Positions 31,934 through 42,555 are shown, counted from the stretch's first letter. The stretch: DNA of 64,000 bases from Nitrospirota bacterium (GCA_963737155.1 CAVTRN010000002.1:416001-480000); one strand, 5' to 3'. The notes: generated by a model not told the origin, from the letters alone. A program made the numbers and translations.

Positions 31934-31950
31934 ATGGCATACACTTTGCA
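31934..31950 (+). promoter_or_regulatory. sigma54 promoter
   Basis: ATGGCATACACTTTGCA: near-consensus TGGCA-N6-TTTGCA. Confidence 0.7.
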
Positions 31951-32115
31951 CTTAATATTACGGTTCATAGAATGCCGCGTGCTCCATCGCATGGCGAAGC
32001 ATATGATTTAATCAAAAATAACAGTCCCAACCGTATTTTATATCTGATCCTTATATGCTCTACGGGTTGTAAACTACCCATACTTAATAGACAGACTCAA
32101 AAATAAGGAGTTTAA

Positions 32116-33291
32116 ATGCAGACGACCATCGCGCAGAAGAACGAGCTTCCTGTTGGGGAACTCATCACATCTAACGAGTTGGTCGCACCTCAGATTATTG
32201 TGAACAAGGTAGCTGAGCGGTTTTTCGGCACAACTGACTTGGATGCAATCGCCGTGGTCGAGAAGAAAGAACCCGTCGGCCTTGCAACGAGGACGAAGCT
32301 GCTTTTTACGCTGTTCCGAAGATATGGATTCGAACTTTACGGAAAATACCCAATAATAGCCTTAGCTGACAAGACTCCTCTCATCGTGCGCGAGAGTGAG
32401 CGGCTTGATGTTGTCATTGACAAGGCCTTAGAGCGGCTGCCGCAGGACATCTACGACGAGATCATCGTAATCTATGCGGATGGCACCTATAAAGGCCTTT
32501 TGTCGGTCAAGCAGCTCGTGATCCAGCAAAGCAACGCTCTGGCAAGCAGCATTCTTCAAAAGGAAATAGCCAGTGCTCGGGCGCAGGAGCTTGAAAAAAT
32601 CAATCAGGTAAAATCGCAGTTTCTCGCCAACGTCACCCATGAACTTCGGTCTCCGGTGAATGCCATAATCGGACTTGCCGAGCTTCTGCGTATGTCGGCA
32701 GAAAAGGGCTCGATCGAACAGATAAAAGAACGCCTCTCTTTTATGATCTCGAGCGCGACAAGCCTCAGAACTATTATCACGAATATCCTGGATTTGTCGA
32801 AGATTGACGCAGGAAAAATGGTTGTGGCGTTTCAGGAGGTTAATGTTGTATCACTCATATCCGAAATTGCGGAAACAGCCCGCATCCTTATCGGGAAAAA
32901 ACCAGTGACCGTGGAGGTAACGGCGCCTACGAAGACAGTGATGCTAAATACGGATCCCATAAAACTGAGACAAATCCTCATGAACCTTACAAGCAATGCG
33001 GCGAAATTTACCGAATCCGGCAGAATCGAGATTAAGCTCTCTGTCCTCGGAAGCAGTCTGGCAATCGCCGTCAGCGACACCGGTATTGGTATAAAAGAAG
33101 AGGACCTTGGTAAACTCTTCGCTGCCTTCAGCCAGATCGAAGACGCCAAAACAAAGAAACACGAGGGCACGGGGCTCGGACTGAAGATCAGCAAGAATCT
33201 AGTGGAGCTTATCGGCGGGACAATCTCGATCACAAGCATCTATGGAGAGGGGACGACGTTCGTCTTATCGTTTCCGTCACAAATAAATTAA
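32116..33291 (+). CDS. CBS-pair sensor histidine kinase
   Basis: N-terminal CBS-like pair (AIAVVE..PVGL; IIV..GTYKGLLSV); VTHELRSPVNAIIG; HATPase motifs. Confidence 0.9.
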   Translation: MQTTIAQKNELPVGELITSNELVAPQIIVNKVAERFFGTTDLDAIAVVEKKEPVGLATRTKLLFTLFRRYGFELYGKYPIIALADKTPLIVRESERLDVVIDKALERLPQDIYDEIIVIYADGTYKGLLSVKQLVIQQSNALASSILQKEIASARAQELEKINQVKSQFLANVTHELRSPVNAIIGLAELLRMSAEKGSIEQIKERLSFMISSATSLRTIITNILDLSKIDAGKMVVAFQEVNVVSLISEIAETARILIGKKPVTVEVTAPTKTVMLNTDPIKLRQILMNLTSNAAKFTESGRIEIKLSVLGSSLAIAVSDTGIGIKEEDLGKLFAAFSQIEDAKTKKHEGTGLGLKISKNLVELIGGTISITSIYGEGTTFVLSFPSQIN

Positions 33292-33312
33292 GAAGACAGA
33301 GAGGGTTTTACA

Positions 33313-33684
33313 ATGCAGAATAAAAAAAGAGTGCTCATAATCGATGATGACGAGTTGCATCTTTACACCACGAAAGAGCTAATTCAGAATGAATATATCG
33401 AGGTCGATACACATAAAAATTGGCCTGGCGCAACTAATCGTATAAAAGACTTCCAGCCCGATCTCGTGCTTCTCGACATAAATATGCCTGGGCTCTCCGG
33501 GGATAAGCTCGCTGAAGTCATCAAACCTTACTGCGATTTGGCGCAGACTTCGATTGTCTTTCATTCGTCCAACGACGAAGATAGCCTAAGAGAACTTGTT
33601 AAAACGCACAGTGTTAAAGGATATATTTGCAAAGGCGATATCAAGGACTTGCGAAGCAAGGTCAATCAGTATCTCAATTTATAG
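33313..33684 (+). CDS. Single-domain response regulator
   Basis: VLIIDDD, LVLLDINMPGL. Confidence 0.9.
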   Translation: MQNKKRVLIIDDDELHLYTTKELIQNEYIEVDTHKNWPGATNRIKDFQPDLVLLDINMPGLSGDKLAEVIKPYCDLAQTSIVFHSSNDEDSLRELVKTHSVKGYICKGDIKDLRSKVNQYLNL

Positions 33685-33764
33685 GCTGCCAGGAAGGCTC
33701 TACAAGAGGTGATCATACTTGAAGTGAAAGATGCAAGAAAATACTTGTCGTTGACAATGCGGTG

Positions 33765-35948
33765 CTACCCGTGACTTTGCCATGGATCGTATGGCGCTTG
33801 GGGCACGGCATACTCAAACATTCCCCGCGCATCGCTGCTTTTAACCGGTTTTGAGAACAGGTAGCCTTGACCATACTCGCAGTTTAGCATTTTGATCTGC
33901 GCCACCTGAATCGGCGTTTCCAGGCCTTCTGCAATTACATCAATTTTCATGTCATGCGCCAGCAATATGATTGTCCTGACGATCTGCTGGTTTTCGCCAT
34001 TTGCACCCATATTGTTGATAAACGAACGATCGATCTTGAGTCCGTCGATGGGCAGTCGGTGGAGATAACTGAGTGAGGAATAACCAGTCCCGAAGTCATC
34101 AATAAAAAGCCGGACTCCCAGCGCCTTCAAACGAGATAGCCTGCTGATCGCTTCCTCAGGGTTTTCGATGATGACGCTTTCCGTAATCTCTAGTTTCAAG
34201 GCATTGGGATTCAGCCCGGTATCGTTAAGAACTTGCTGAACGAAATCAACCAGATCAGACTGGACCATCTGCTTATTCGACATGTTGACACTTATGAAGT
34301 CTGGTGAGTACTCCATGCATTCCTTCTGCCATTCGACCATCTGCCTGCATGATTCGCGGAGTACCAGCCTGTCTATGGCTACAATCATGCCTGTTTCCTC
34401 TGCCATCTGTACAAAGGCCCCTGGCAACATGAGTCCGCGGTCAGGGTGCTGCCAGCGGACAAGGGCTTCAAATCCGGCAAGACGATTCGTATCCAGTGAG
34501 TAAATCGGCTGATAAAATACTTCAAACTCCTTGCGCGCAATGGCTCTTCTGAGATCGGTTTCCAGATGCATCCGTTCGAGAGCATGTGCGTGCATTCCCG
34601 GCTCAAAAACGGTAAATTGCTCCCGGTCGCTCGACTTTGCCTGATACATGGCTGTATCGGCATCGCGAAGAATCTGATCCGGGTTCTCATAGACCGGCGA
34701 ACCAAGCGCGATGCCGATGCTAGCGGCAGTGAATACATCGTGACCGCCCACGGTGAAGGACGACTCTAAAGCCGTGCCGATACGCTCGGCGATATATGTG
34801 GCATTGGACAGCCCGCCGATGTCCTCAAGGAGGACAACGAATTCGTCTCCTCCAAGACGGGCGATTGTATCGTGCGGTCTGAGACAGGTAACGAGGCGTT
34901 TACCGAACTCAATGAGAAGCTGATCGCCAACTCCATGACCAAGACTGTCATTGATCACTTTGAAACGATCAAGGTCGAGAAACAGCACAGCATAGAGGTA
35001 TTCTTTATGGCGCTTTGAAATCTGAATTGCATGTCTCAGACGGTCGATGAAAAGCGCTCGGTTTGGCAGGTTAGTCAATGCGTCATGAAACGCGTCATGC
35101 TGAAGCTGATTCTCGATTGTTTTCCGCAAATTGATTTCCATCAAAAGCTCCGCGGTGTGTTTCTCAACCTGTGTACGGTAAGTGCTGAGGCTATGACGCA
35201 TCTTATCGAAAGATTGAACTAGATCGGCGGTCTCATCGTTTGTATGCACTTCGATGGGGGAATCAAATTTTCCTTCCACAATATCTTGTGTCGCAGACTT
35301 GAGCTGTATCAATGGCTGTGTAATGTTGTCAGTGATGAAAATGGCCAGGATAATAATAGCGGTGATCGCGATCAGTAACATAATAAGGAGAATTATCCGA
35401 TTATTTGCAATCTTATTCACCTCCTGGCCCGTCCTGACGGCATAGATATTTATCTGCTCTCCGACCAGTCCCTGGATAACGGACTTCGTATCTCGCCACA
35501 TTGGTACTTCCTTCTGCACAAGCAAGTCCGCTGCTTCCTTTGCCTTCCCTGCGATAGCGAGGCGCTGGACCTCCAGTTGTAGTTCGTGATTTTTGGCCCA
35601 GAGATATTTTATTTTCATCAATCGATCACGCATGGAAATGGGCGCATGCTGAGATGCCTGTGCCATATATTCCCCGAATGATTTATCCGCTATTTCGTAG
35701 TTTTGCTTTGCCTTATCGTCAGAGGGATTGATTAAGATGTTTCGTGTAGCTTGGCCTGTTTGCAGGCCCTCGACATACATACCGTTCAGAGGGGCCAGCA
35801 ACTCTAAGTCCGTATCGACCATAGTCGCAATTGTCTTTTCCGCGCTACTGCTTTGAAGGAACGAAAGCGTTCCGATGACACCCATACTGACGATGGTCAG
35901 AGCGATGAGAACAGTTAATTTACCCCGAATTTTTAATTGTTTAAACAT
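33765..35948 (-). CDS. Membrane diguanylate cyclase/phosphodiesterase (periplasmic sensor-HAMP-GGDEF-EAL)
   Basis: HDALTNLPNR, RPHD I-site, RLGGDEF, FEALVRW, IDDFGTGYSSL all intact; likely start MFKQLK. Confidence 0.95.
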   Translation of the reverse strand: MFKQLKIRGKLTVLIALTIVSMGVIGTLSFLQSSSAEKTIATMVDTDLELLAPLNGMYVEGLQTGQATRNILINPSDDKAKQNYEIADKSFGEYMAQASQHAPISMRDRLMKIKYLWAKNHELQLEVQRLAIAGKAKEAADLLVQKEVPMWRDTKSVIQGLVGEQINIYAVRTGQEVNKIANNRIILLIMLLIAITAIIILAIFITDNITQPLIQLKSATQDIVEGKFDSPIEVHTNDETADLVQSFDKMRHSLSTYRTQVEKHTAELLMEINLRKTIENQLQHDAFHDALTNLPNRALFIDRLRHAIQISKRHKEYLYAVLFLDLDRFKVINDSLGHGVGDQLLIEFGKRLVTCLRPHDTIARLGGDEFVVLLEDIGGLSNATYIAERIGTALESSFTVGGHDVFTAASIGIALGSPVYENPDQILRDADTAMYQAKSSDREQFTVFEPGMHAHALERMHLETDLRRAIARKEFEVFYQPIYSLDTNRLAGFEALVRWQHPDRGLMLPGAFVQMAEETGMIVAIDRLVLRESCRQMVEWQKECMEYSPDFISVNMSNKQMVQSDLVDFVQQVLNDTGLNPNALKLEITESVIIENPEEAISRLSRLKALGVRLFIDDFGTGYSSLSYLHRLPIDGLKIDRSFINNMGANGENQQIVRTIILLAHDMKIDVIAEGLETPIQVAQIKMLNCEYGQGYLFSKPVKSSDARGMFEYAVPQAPYDPWQSHG

Positions 35949-36510
35949 CTTCTCACCCGCTGATTGTATGAGGCTTCTGACATGGCTATACCGACATTGC
36001 CTTGGTGATGCGATGTAATTCCTTTGATCGAACCAGTTGATAATTGAAATCGCAGAGCCCAAGGCTGGGAGATAAGAATAATCAACAGGGCTGATAGCGA
36101 AAACCCTCTAGTCTCATTTTATAATACATGAATGTTCGTCAGCGGCATCATGTAATCTTTTACGGTGAGATCAACTTTCGTTATATCCCAGAACTACACG
36201 AGGAGTCGGATGTGGTCAGATTTTGAAGCATCATATTTAAATGAGGTCAAGCTATCTTCTAAGGAAATCAAAACACCCTAACCGTCATGACCAGCGGTCT
36301 TGTCTTCATGTCCATTCTTTCGAAGTGATCAAAAATGTCAATCGATATGAGCAATGAAGTGGTCTCGTTTTACATGAGAGGCACAAGTCTAAACTGCATA
36401 TCTCATAACGACATATATTATCAGGTACTCTTTATTGTTGAATTATGTGCAATTCCAAAGGTGAGTTCACCGATTAAGACGTGATCACTGAGCATTTGAT
36501 GTTTGTATAC

Positions 36511-36537
36511 ATATCGGTCTTTCCCCTGTAAGCTTTA
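36511..36537 (-). promoter_or_regulatory. sigma28 (FliA) promoter facing the GGDEF-EAL gene
   Basis: TAAA-gcttacaggggaaag(15)-ACCGATAT, about 560 bp upstream of the start. Confidence 0.5.
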
Positions 36538-37223
36538 AGAAATTCAAAATTTATTTTAAGAATAAGCAATAGGGGAAGGGGCTAATAAGCATAATAATTA
36601 TTATCACAAGTCTGAACGCAGTTCAAATTAAGATCGTGTTACAGATGGGAAAAATTAAAATAAACAAGGTGATGTTGCGGTGTTTGCAAAATATTTGTCC
36701 CTAATTCAGAGACCATAAAGTGCCGGTAGACGTAATTCACGGCGTTTTGCTTTGAACGAGGCGAACGTGCTTTAAAATTTTGCCACTATCGGTTTGAGTA
36801 TGAACCTCACGGGTTTTAACTATCTGTACCGCTGACGGAAATAACGGTCTCATGCATGATGTGACTCGTTTCGACGTAATAGTATTGTTTGCATTCGCCG
36901 TTGGGGGCAGACGCAACAATGGTTTAGTTGTCGATTAACATTTTCAACTGTAATTTGCAATCACGATAAACAAACATATAGTTCCGCTTATTCTCTGGGG
37001 TCGAGTCTGTTTCTCCGATTGCATTGCCCGCATTCTGCATGCCAACTACCGTTCCTGGTAATTTCTCAGCCAAGAGCGCGTGGCCTGCCACTTTGGTGTT
37101 ACAGCCTATGAAATCCTTTTTACGAATTAAGCTCGTCTGACGGCGCCTTGACATCTACCCTGCAGACAGTAAAGTTAAACTAGAATTGCAACGAGAAAGA
37201 TGATAGCAAAGGAGGTGAAAGCA

Positions 37224-37427
37224 ATGACGTACAGCATGACATGCAGTTGCGGCCACGTAATGACGGTCCAAGGCAATACGAGAGACGAAGCCGCCAAGAA
37301 CATGAAGGCATTGATGACTGAAGAATCGGTGACTGAACATATGGCACAGAAACACGCGGGAGAAAAAGCGCCTACAGTCGGGCAAGTGCACGCAATGATC
37401 GAGCAAGGATTGAAGGCTACAGCGTAA
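37224..37427 (+). CDS. Small Cys/His metal-binding protein (DUF1059-like)
   Basis: AAGGAGGT RBS; CSCG...EHMAQKH. Confidence 0.75.
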   Translation: MTYSMTCSCGHVMTVQGNTRDEAAKNMKALMTEESVTEHMAQKHAGEKAPTVGQVHAMIEQGLKATA

Positions 37428-37458
37428 CATCTCTCGGGTCGATTTTGATAATGTTCTG

Positions 37459-37488
37459 CCCGCAAACTCCGGTCTGCGGGTTTTTTCT
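37459..37488 (+). terminator. Rho-independent terminator
   Basis: CCCGCA...TGCGGG followed by a T run. Confidence 0.7.
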
Positions 37489-37653
37489 GTAGGAGCAGAA
37501 CCACCGGACACAATCAGGCGGGACACAGAGATGAATATTGATGAAAAAGATTGTTCATGACATCAACGCACAATTCCATGTACGCAGTTCCCTCTATTCG
37601 GATAAAAAACAACAAGGTTATCGTTTCAGCTTGGCTAAGAACGCATGAGGTTA

Positions 37654-38517
37654 TTATTGGTCGCGTTCTTTCGAGGCTTCTTTCTGGCGAGGGGTAAGTA
37701 TTTCCTGCACTTCCAGAAAATCTTCAACGCCTAAAGCGACAAATAAACTTTTAATATCGCTTCCCGGGGTTTTAGCGAGGGTATTTTCATTATCCGGCAT
37801 TGGGGATTTCAACACCAGCTTCCCGTATTTGCCAAAGCTGTCTTCCGTAAGGGCTTCAGCCAGTTTAATAATGCCAGCGACAGAAAGATAATATTCATCA
37901 AATTCCAGCGCTGACATGTCAAGAACCTGATTCAAGGAAGGATCGAGGCCGAGCCGGTCAATGATGCGAGCCGCCAAATGCCTCTGGTTTTTTTGAATAA
38001 AGTCATCAGCAATGTGCATACCTATTTCGCGAGCCTTCATGAGTATGTTTCCCCCGAGTTGGGCAAGCAAACCCCCTGTTTCTATTTTTCGGACGATTTC
38101 GTCCTTCATGTTCATCTCTTCTGCGATAATTCTACCGAGTATTCCGATGCTTGCGCTTTTCGCTGCCCGTTTTCTGGCCGCTGGTCCCTTGTCGAGGAAA
38201 AACAGGGATACGGAAAAGAGGAGAAGCTTGACCCGTTCCGCGCCCATGAGTATAACGGCACTGAAAAAGTCCGGAACCTCTCCATGGCTCATGCGGTTGA
38301 AATAAATCGAGTGGGCTATCTTCAGTATTGTCGCGGAAACTTCTGGATTGTTGACAGATATTTTCACCCCCAGATCCTGAAGCTTTCGTTTGCTCGCATT
38401 CACATCATCCAGTATGTTCAGCTCGGAAAAATCAACTCCCAGATTCATGCGGGAGAATATTGCATTTTCAATGTTTTCAAGGGATTTCAAATCTTCGTGG
38501 GGGATGGAATTTACCAT
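37654..38517 (-). CDS. HDOD-domain protein
   Basis: NPEVSATILKIAHSIYF, AVILMG, ETGGLLAQLG. Confidence 0.8.
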   Translation of the reverse strand: MVNSIPHEDLKSLENIENAIFSRMNLGVDFSELNILDDVNASKRKLQDLGVKISVNNPEVSATILKIAHSIYFNRMSHGEVPDFFSAVILMGAERVKLLLFSVSLFFLDKGPAARKRAAKSASIGILGRIIAEEMNMKDEIVRKIETGGLLAQLGGNILMKAREIGMHIADDFIQKNQRHLAARIIDRLGLDPSLNQVLDMSALEFDEYYLSVAGIIKLAEALTEDSFGKYGKLVLKSPMPDNENTLAKTPGSDIKSLFVALGVEDFLEVQEILTPRQKEASKERDQ

Positions 38518-38781
38518 ATTTCTCCTTTTATCAGATTCCCAAAATTCTCATTTTGGGAAATGATTGAGATATAAAAGCTAGCATGTATCATGTTGGAACT
38601 TCTGTGAAATTCGATTAGTATGCAGTCCTGATTCACCAGACTGAAGCGTCCGTATACTCCGCGTCCAAGCTTGGTATTTCCGATAAATAACTATACAAGT
38701 ATGGTAGCCTTAAATTCCTAAGCGTTTCAAATCAAAGCTCAAATAATTTTTAAACAATAACTCACTAATTACAAGCTTACT

Positions 38782-39340
38782 TGTAGCGCACCCGGTACCC
38801 TGGACACAAGATAAAACTTATGCGACGGCCATCAGTTGATGCTCATTGTATGCTTGTCGCGGACTTTTAAAGCCGAGTTTCTCAACCAGCCAGTACTTGT
38901 TGTATCGCTCGATGAAGTCTGCTAGCGCTATGCGAAGCTCCTCGATGATCCGATAGGTTCGGCCATAGATGACCTGCTCTTTGAGAGTCCGATAAAAGCG
39001 TTCTGCCACGCCGTTGGTTTCCGGCTCGGCAACGTAAGCGAAACTCGGTGCGATCCCCCAGAACTTGATCTGGTTCTGGAAGTGGTCCGCTGCCGCAGGA
39101 TCGCCGCCTCGTTCCTTGAGCGCGGCCTCTACACCCTGGTAGGCTTCGATGCCCAACTCACGGGAGAGAGCATCGATCGATTCGCCGCGAAGCAAACGCA
39201 GGACGACTTCCTTCTTCCTGCCTACGCTCCAGCGGACAACTTCAGGTGAAATAGACGGCTTGACTTCTTTTCCCATTAACGGCCTCCTTGGACTTATGTT
39301 TTAACATAAAATCGTGTCCAAGAAAAGCGGGGCCGCTATA
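38782..39340 (-). mobile_element. Internally deleted DDE insertion sequence (IS3/IS481-like), 559 bp, with terminal IRs and a 14-bp target duplication
   Basis: Ends TGTAGCG..CCCG..TGGACAC and TATAGCG..CCCG..TGGACAC; ATTACAAGCTTACT at 38768-38781 and 39341-39354; ORF 38818-39276 fuses an HTH to an rve C-terminus (TNGVAERFYRTLKE). Confidence 0.9.
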
Positions 39341-39595
39341 ATTACAAGCTTACTCCTATTTTGACTGATTTTTTGCGTTACCCATGGATAAAGCGTGTAT
39401 CTAATACTTAAGTTGTGCACAAATCAGTAGATCTAAAATGAAGCCAATGCTTTTATTGGGAATAATTGGGCATTTGTAATTTAACATGGGTTTCCCGTGA
39501 TGTAAAGTTCTGTTCACATCGTGGTTAAATCGTAAAATAGTGTCGAAATAAAAATACGACAATGCATACTCAAATCGTAATTTATAGTGGAGGTA

Positions 39596-40201
39596 GTGTA
39601 TTAATAACTAAAATTGAAATCCCGATCACGATAAATGACGGGTTCTGCCGTAAATGGCAAAATAAAGAATTTCTTTGTTCGGCTCTGTGCTACGAGAGAA
39701 TTTCGGCTCAGAAAGCGATATTGATGAATGGTCAGTTTCGATGAGAGGGCTGGGTGGGATCTTTTCGATTTAGTCGATATGATATAGGAGTTAAAAGACA
39801 TATTCGGTAGCGATGTTGATCTTGTAGAAAAAGGAGCAATTCAAAACCCATTCCGGCGGTATGCTATCATGACAAATAATGAGGTGCTCTGCAGCCTAAT
39901 GAGAGGGACGCTGCCTACTTGTGGGATATGCTGGAGGCTGCTAAAACAATTCTGCATTTCAAAGGAGGCTTGATATTTCATCATTATCAACAGGGGAAAA
40001 AGGCTAAAACTCGCGATTGAACGTTCCATTGAAATCATAGGCGAAGCAGCGTCGAGGTTGTCCAATGAGTTTCGAGAGGCAGAAATTTTCTGGAAAGGGA
40101 TTATAGGACAGCGCAACGTTCTTACCCACGAGTACGATGAGATTAAATATGAGCGAGTATGGGCTGTGGTAACCCAGCATGTCCCCGATCTTATAAAATG
40201 A
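39596..40201 (+). pseudogene. Decayed MNT antitoxin plus HEPN/DUF86 toxin pair
   Basis: Fragments LFGSVLRENFGSESDID, VDLVEKGAIQNPFRR, DAAYLWDMLEAA, IERSIEIIGEAA, QRNVLTHEY, broken by frameshifts and stops. Confidence 0.85.
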
Positions 40202-40483
40202 GTCCGGTGTTTTTTGACCTCCCATTCACGCTAAATTACGAATCCCCGAATAATTGAAGAATATTGCATGAACAGAATAGCCTTGTATGATGGAATTTGA
40301 ATTAAAGAGATTTTAGTATAAGTACGATGTATCATTTTACCGACCCTCCGGATAATTGCGCAGCAGTAACTGAAGTGCACCAAATAAAAGTAATCAATGG
40401 TGAATGTAACTATGAGAAAATCCCTCTTAGAATATCCTCTAGAACTCTTTGGATGCAGTTAAGTTGCATAGTTGCATACACTC

Positions 40484-40512
40484 TTGACAATTGCGAATTA
40501 TTGTGGTAATCT
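40484..40512 (+). promoter_or_regulatory. sigma70-type promoter
   Basis: TTGACA-N17-TAATCT with TG just upstream of the -10. Confidence 0.6.
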
Positions 40513-40556
40513 TATTCCAAGATTTAATAAATTAAAAAAGAAAAGAGGCGATACAT

Positions 40557-40847
40557 ATGAAAAAGCTACTACTTCTTTTGAGTGTTTTAGTGATCGCTCT
40601 TACCTTCGGATCTGCCTACGCTGGCAGCAAAGATATGAGTGCAGGTGCGTATAATGGGATTACGGTGTTTGAACCGGCTCCTGCTGTAGCACACGGTGTT
40701 GATCTTGGATCAGGCCCCATCTTAGCGAACGGGATCACGGTATTTGAAAGTCGCCCGGCGGAATCCAAGGCGGCAGGATCGGCTGCAGGCAGCTTACGTG
40801 AAACGAAGCCAAGCATGGAACTGAGGAATGGAATTACCGTTTTCTGA
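40557..40847 (+). CDS. Small secreted protein with three NGITVF repeats
   Basis: Signal peptide ending AYA; NGITVF occurs three times, the last at the C-terminus. Confidence 0.8.
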   Translation: MKKLLLLLSVLVIALTFGSAYAGSKDMSAGAYNGITVFEPAPAVAHGVDLGSGPILANGITVFESRPAESKAAGSAAGSLRETKPSMELRNGITVF

Positions 40848-40951
40848 TACACGGACCGCAGAGGAGCAAAGCGAATCGCTCCTAAATTAGAAAAGGTAAT
40901 ACGATTTAGTGGAGGTCTTTAAAGAAAGCGAGAGATGCATCTACTCACATG

Positions 40952-40984
40952 AAAGCAGGCTGAAATTTAGCCTGCTTTTTTGTT
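40952..40984 (+). terminator. Rho-independent terminator at the group IIC intron insertion site
   Basis: AAAGCAGGCT-gaaattt-AGCCTGCTTTTTT. Confidence 0.85.
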
Positions 40985-41460
40985 GTATGCTAGGCATGGC
41001 ACACTGTACTTTTAGTACGGGCCGTTCAGATAGGGTGTCTGATCGGCGACTCGGAGGTGCAAGTTCCTCTACGGGCCTTGATAGGAGGAACTGTTAGCCG
41101 AACAGCACGGGTGTCCGGGGCGGCCCCGAATCTGAAGGAAGCTGTAAGCAAAGTCCGGCCTGACGAACAGAAACCGCATATGAGGCAGCCACATCTGGGC
41201 GAGAGAGCGATAGCACTCAAAGCCCGATAACCATCCAGCAGGTGTGGAAGTAGATGTGGCGGGTATATGGGATGAAAGTCCTGCGTCTTACGCTGAGACC
41301 TGTCGATTTGCTTTGTGCGATCGATGCCGTAAATTGTTGTGAAAGATCGACAGAAATCAGCAGGGGTGGTAGTAGTCCAGCAACCAACCGGATGAAGCGC
41401 CGAACATGGTAGACCGGTAAGGTGTCGAAGACCCGACGAACGAAGGAGACGCACACAAGA
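40985..41460 (+). mobile_element. 5' fragment (about domains I-III) of a class C group II intron; RT ORF and DV/DVI absent
   Basis: Starts GTATGCTAGGCATGGCAC; then GAGGTGCAAGTTCCTCT, GGAACTGTTAGCCGAA, AATCTGAAGGAAGC..AAGCAAAGTC, GAAATCAGCAG..TAGTAG, GAAG..CCGAAC; end boundary approximate. Confidence 0.8.
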
Positions 41461-41817
41461 AGGCTGAGATGTAGATATGATCGAATTTGCCAATAAGACG
41501 CCACAACCGGTATCGGGATTGATGACGCCGTGAAGATGTAGTCTAAATCCTTTCGGGTTATAATTATTGTCAAACAAAACACATTATCCTTTCTATTGAG
41601 TTTTATTATTCGTCGGTATAACTTTAACAGATAAAAGTCGTCATGTTTGCAATCGAGAAGTAAATCAAGCTGTCACAAGGACATGACGCATGAAGCAACG
41701 AAATGAAGGACATTGGTCTTTGATGAGATCCGCTTCGTTATTGTAGACGGTGTGGAATGAGGCATGGGAGCTATATTTCCCCGCCTGTTGTCGAATTTGC
41801 GCCTGCCCATACCCACA

Positions 41818-41844
41818 TAAAGAAATTAGCAGAACTACCGATAA
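41818..41844 (+). promoter_or_regulatory. sigma28 (FliA) promoter
   Basis: TAAA-gaaattagcagaact(15)-ACCGATAA, 21 bp before the ATG. Confidence 0.7.
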
Positions 41845-41865
41845 GAATAGCAACAGGAGGCAGAT

Positions 41866-42066
41866 ATGCTATTAGTGTACGGTTTATATCAGATCATCCA
41901 GCCTGGTGTCTGGAAGCAGACCATTGAAATTCAGAACGACGGTCACATCATCGGGTTCGTGGATCGTGAAAGAACGCAGACAGGAATAAAGACAAGAACG
42001 CGGAACATGCAGGGCGATGTCGTAGAATACGCATGCTTTGAGTGGCTCCTGCGGCAGACTGGGTGA
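41866..42066 (+). CDS. Small hypothetical protein (66 aa)
   Basis: AGGAGG RBS and a sigma28 promoter immediately upstream. Confidence 0.6.
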   Translation: MLLVYGLYQIIQPGVWKQTIEIQNDGHIIGFVDRERTQTGIKTRTRNMQGDVVEYACFEWLLRQTG

Positions 42067-42555
42067 GGTGTCCAACCCCCTTGGGGCCTGCTTCTTGAAA
42101 TTTTTTAGAACGGAGTTTCATTTCTTATCCTGCCGGGAGCATAATGATTATAATCCACGATATTTTTCTCCCAAAATACGAATTACCCACAACGTTGAGT
42201 TGCGGTCTCATTTATCCAGAATAAATGCGGCTGTTCACACGTCCCGGGAAAAAGGGCAGAAAAAAGAGAATGCCATCAGTTTAATACGTTTCCCTTAAAA
42301 CCATGTTACTAGATGGTAAATTTTATCCGGCAGAGGGAATGTCAACGAACACACATGGTTTTTTAGTTAGCGAATTCTGAATGAAACTTTATGAGATATA
42401 AGAATATCAACTACAAAGATTATAAGAAGAAAATGTTGATGGCAATTTTCAAAAAGAATTATCACATTCCTAACAATTAATTCTCCGAACTCCACCTACT
42501 TTATTGCACTGTCAACAAAACAGTATATGCTCGTGTGCTTAGCACTATGCGTAGG

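Noticed and set aside
41026-41582. Minus-strand ORFs of 183 and 121 aa
   Set aside because: Antisense to the group II intron RNA fragment, with no protein motifs
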